Positions 31,419-32,000 of a DNA stretch of 32,000 bases are shown here, in pieces. The first letter of the stretch is position 1, and every line of letters begins with the position of its first letter. The translations under genes and the position numbers were made by a program. This DNA is from Candidatus Saccharimonadota bacterium (GTDB lineage: Archaea; Micrarchaeota; Micrarchaeia; Micrarchaeales; Micrarchaeaceae): the NCBI GenBank assembly GCA_963705375.1, contig OY970071.1, forward strand, positions 870,001-902,000. The letters are read 5' to 3'. The notes under the pieces were generated by a model. The model searched no databases and was not told where the DNA came from. It saw nothing but the letters and a program-made list of their open reading frames with translations.

Positions 31419-32000
31419 AATTTCCTTTGAGTGCCGCCTCCTGCAAACTCCTCTTCTTTGAAGTTGAGTTCCTTGAGTATGCGCATCGTGGCAGGCAGCA
31501 CTTGCTTGTTTATGTAGTATTCCGGGTCGTAGTCTTTCGCAAGCTCTTCAAGTTTTGCCTTTTCCGATGTGCTGTTTCCGTGTTTGGTTATTATGTAGCT
31601 GATAACGCTCCCTTCAAAGTCTTCCTTCTTCTTCACGCCGGCTTTTATGGCGCTTCTTGCTGCCGCAACTTCTGGAGACGTTACATCATAGCTGTCTATG
31701 CTCTTCCTTATCTGTGTGTTTATTGTAAGTTCACTGAGAGGCACGATGCCGCTTCTCAGTTTGGTTATCACGTCCCTTACTATCGCTGCGGCTTTCTCTG
31801 CGCTGCCTTCTTTTAATATCACTTCAAGCACTTGTCTCTGCGTGTCTCTTGCTATCCTGGACCAGTCCCTACGTACAAGCTCGAAGCCGCGTATCTTTAT
31901 TCTGCCGCTCTCTGATATCAGTGCATACTTTTTCTTTGCACCTCCTGCGCCTTTCTCCGATTTCTTGCCTACGAAAACTCCACGGGAATAGAAATCCTCT
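31415..32000 (-). CDS. polB: family B DNA polymerase, C-terminal part (5' end outside window)
   Basis: The frame is open to the window edge and reads EDFYSRGVFVGKKSEKGAGGAKKKYALISESGRIKIRGFELVRRDWSRIARDTQRQVLEVILKEG. This is the KKKYA / RGxExVRRDW thumb region, followed by YYINKQVLPATMRIL. The 'M' at 31831 in the track is an internal GTG (Val). Confidence 0.9.
   Translation of the reverse strand, partial: EDFYSRGVFVGKKSEKGAGGAKKKYALISESGRIKIRGFELVRRDWSRIARDTQRQVLEVILKEGSAEKAAAIVRDVITKLRSGIVPLSELTINTQIRKSIDSYDVTSPEVAAARSAIKAGVKKKEDFEGSVISYIITKHGNSTSEKAKLEELAKDYDPEYYINKQVLPATMRILKELNFKEEEFAGGGTQRKL

Noticed and set aside
1-32000. Search for defence systems, toxin-antitoxin pairs, integrases or transposases, CRISPR arrays, rRNA genes and additional tRNAs (T-loop GTTCRAATC scan on both strands).
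   Set aside because: None was found by eye. The only T-arm-like match outside the intron-containing tRNA-Arg lies inside coding sequence without a cloverleaf context.

Overview
Gene-dense archaeal chromosomal segment with about 33 protein genes, one intron-containing tRNA, and no rRNA, CRISPR array, IS element or integrase. Archaeal origin is supported by Rpo6/RpoK, FEN1, aMBF1, the L1-P0-P1 stalk operon, a family-B DNA polymerase, A/T-rich TATA-like promoter elements and a bulge-helix-bulge tRNA intron. Most genes are housekeeping: geranylgeranyl reductase, SMC, signal peptidase, two M50 site-2 proteases, FEN1, RNase HII, class II ribonucleotide reductase, MetAP and PolB. Four parts are not housekeeping. 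(1) At 10.7-14.9 kb sit three tandem type IV pilin-like genes with class III signal peptides. They share a 4-Cys N-terminal module but carry different C-terminal adhesin-like modules: a YWTD/NHL-like beta-propeller, none, or four B-repeat-like domains. The third gene has a 1-nt frame disruption exactly in its signal-peptide motif. (2) A fourth pilin-like gene with a LamG domain lies at 18.3-20.7 kb, in a patch that looks AT-richer, next to an orphan ORF and a DUF218 gene. (3) An Lhr helicase and a metallophosphoesterase form an operon, and a second metallophosphoesterase paralog sits 13 kb away. (4) A winged-helix gene and two small orphan genes lie upstream of nrdJ. The A|QSAxEYxxTYGW pilin leaders and the non-canonical tRNA intron recall, from memory, Thermoplasmata or DPANN (Micrarchaeota-like) lineages, but taxonomy cannot be settled from this window. 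The best candidate for something undescribed is the modular pilin/adhesin family. All functional calls rest on motif recognition by eye, not on database searches.
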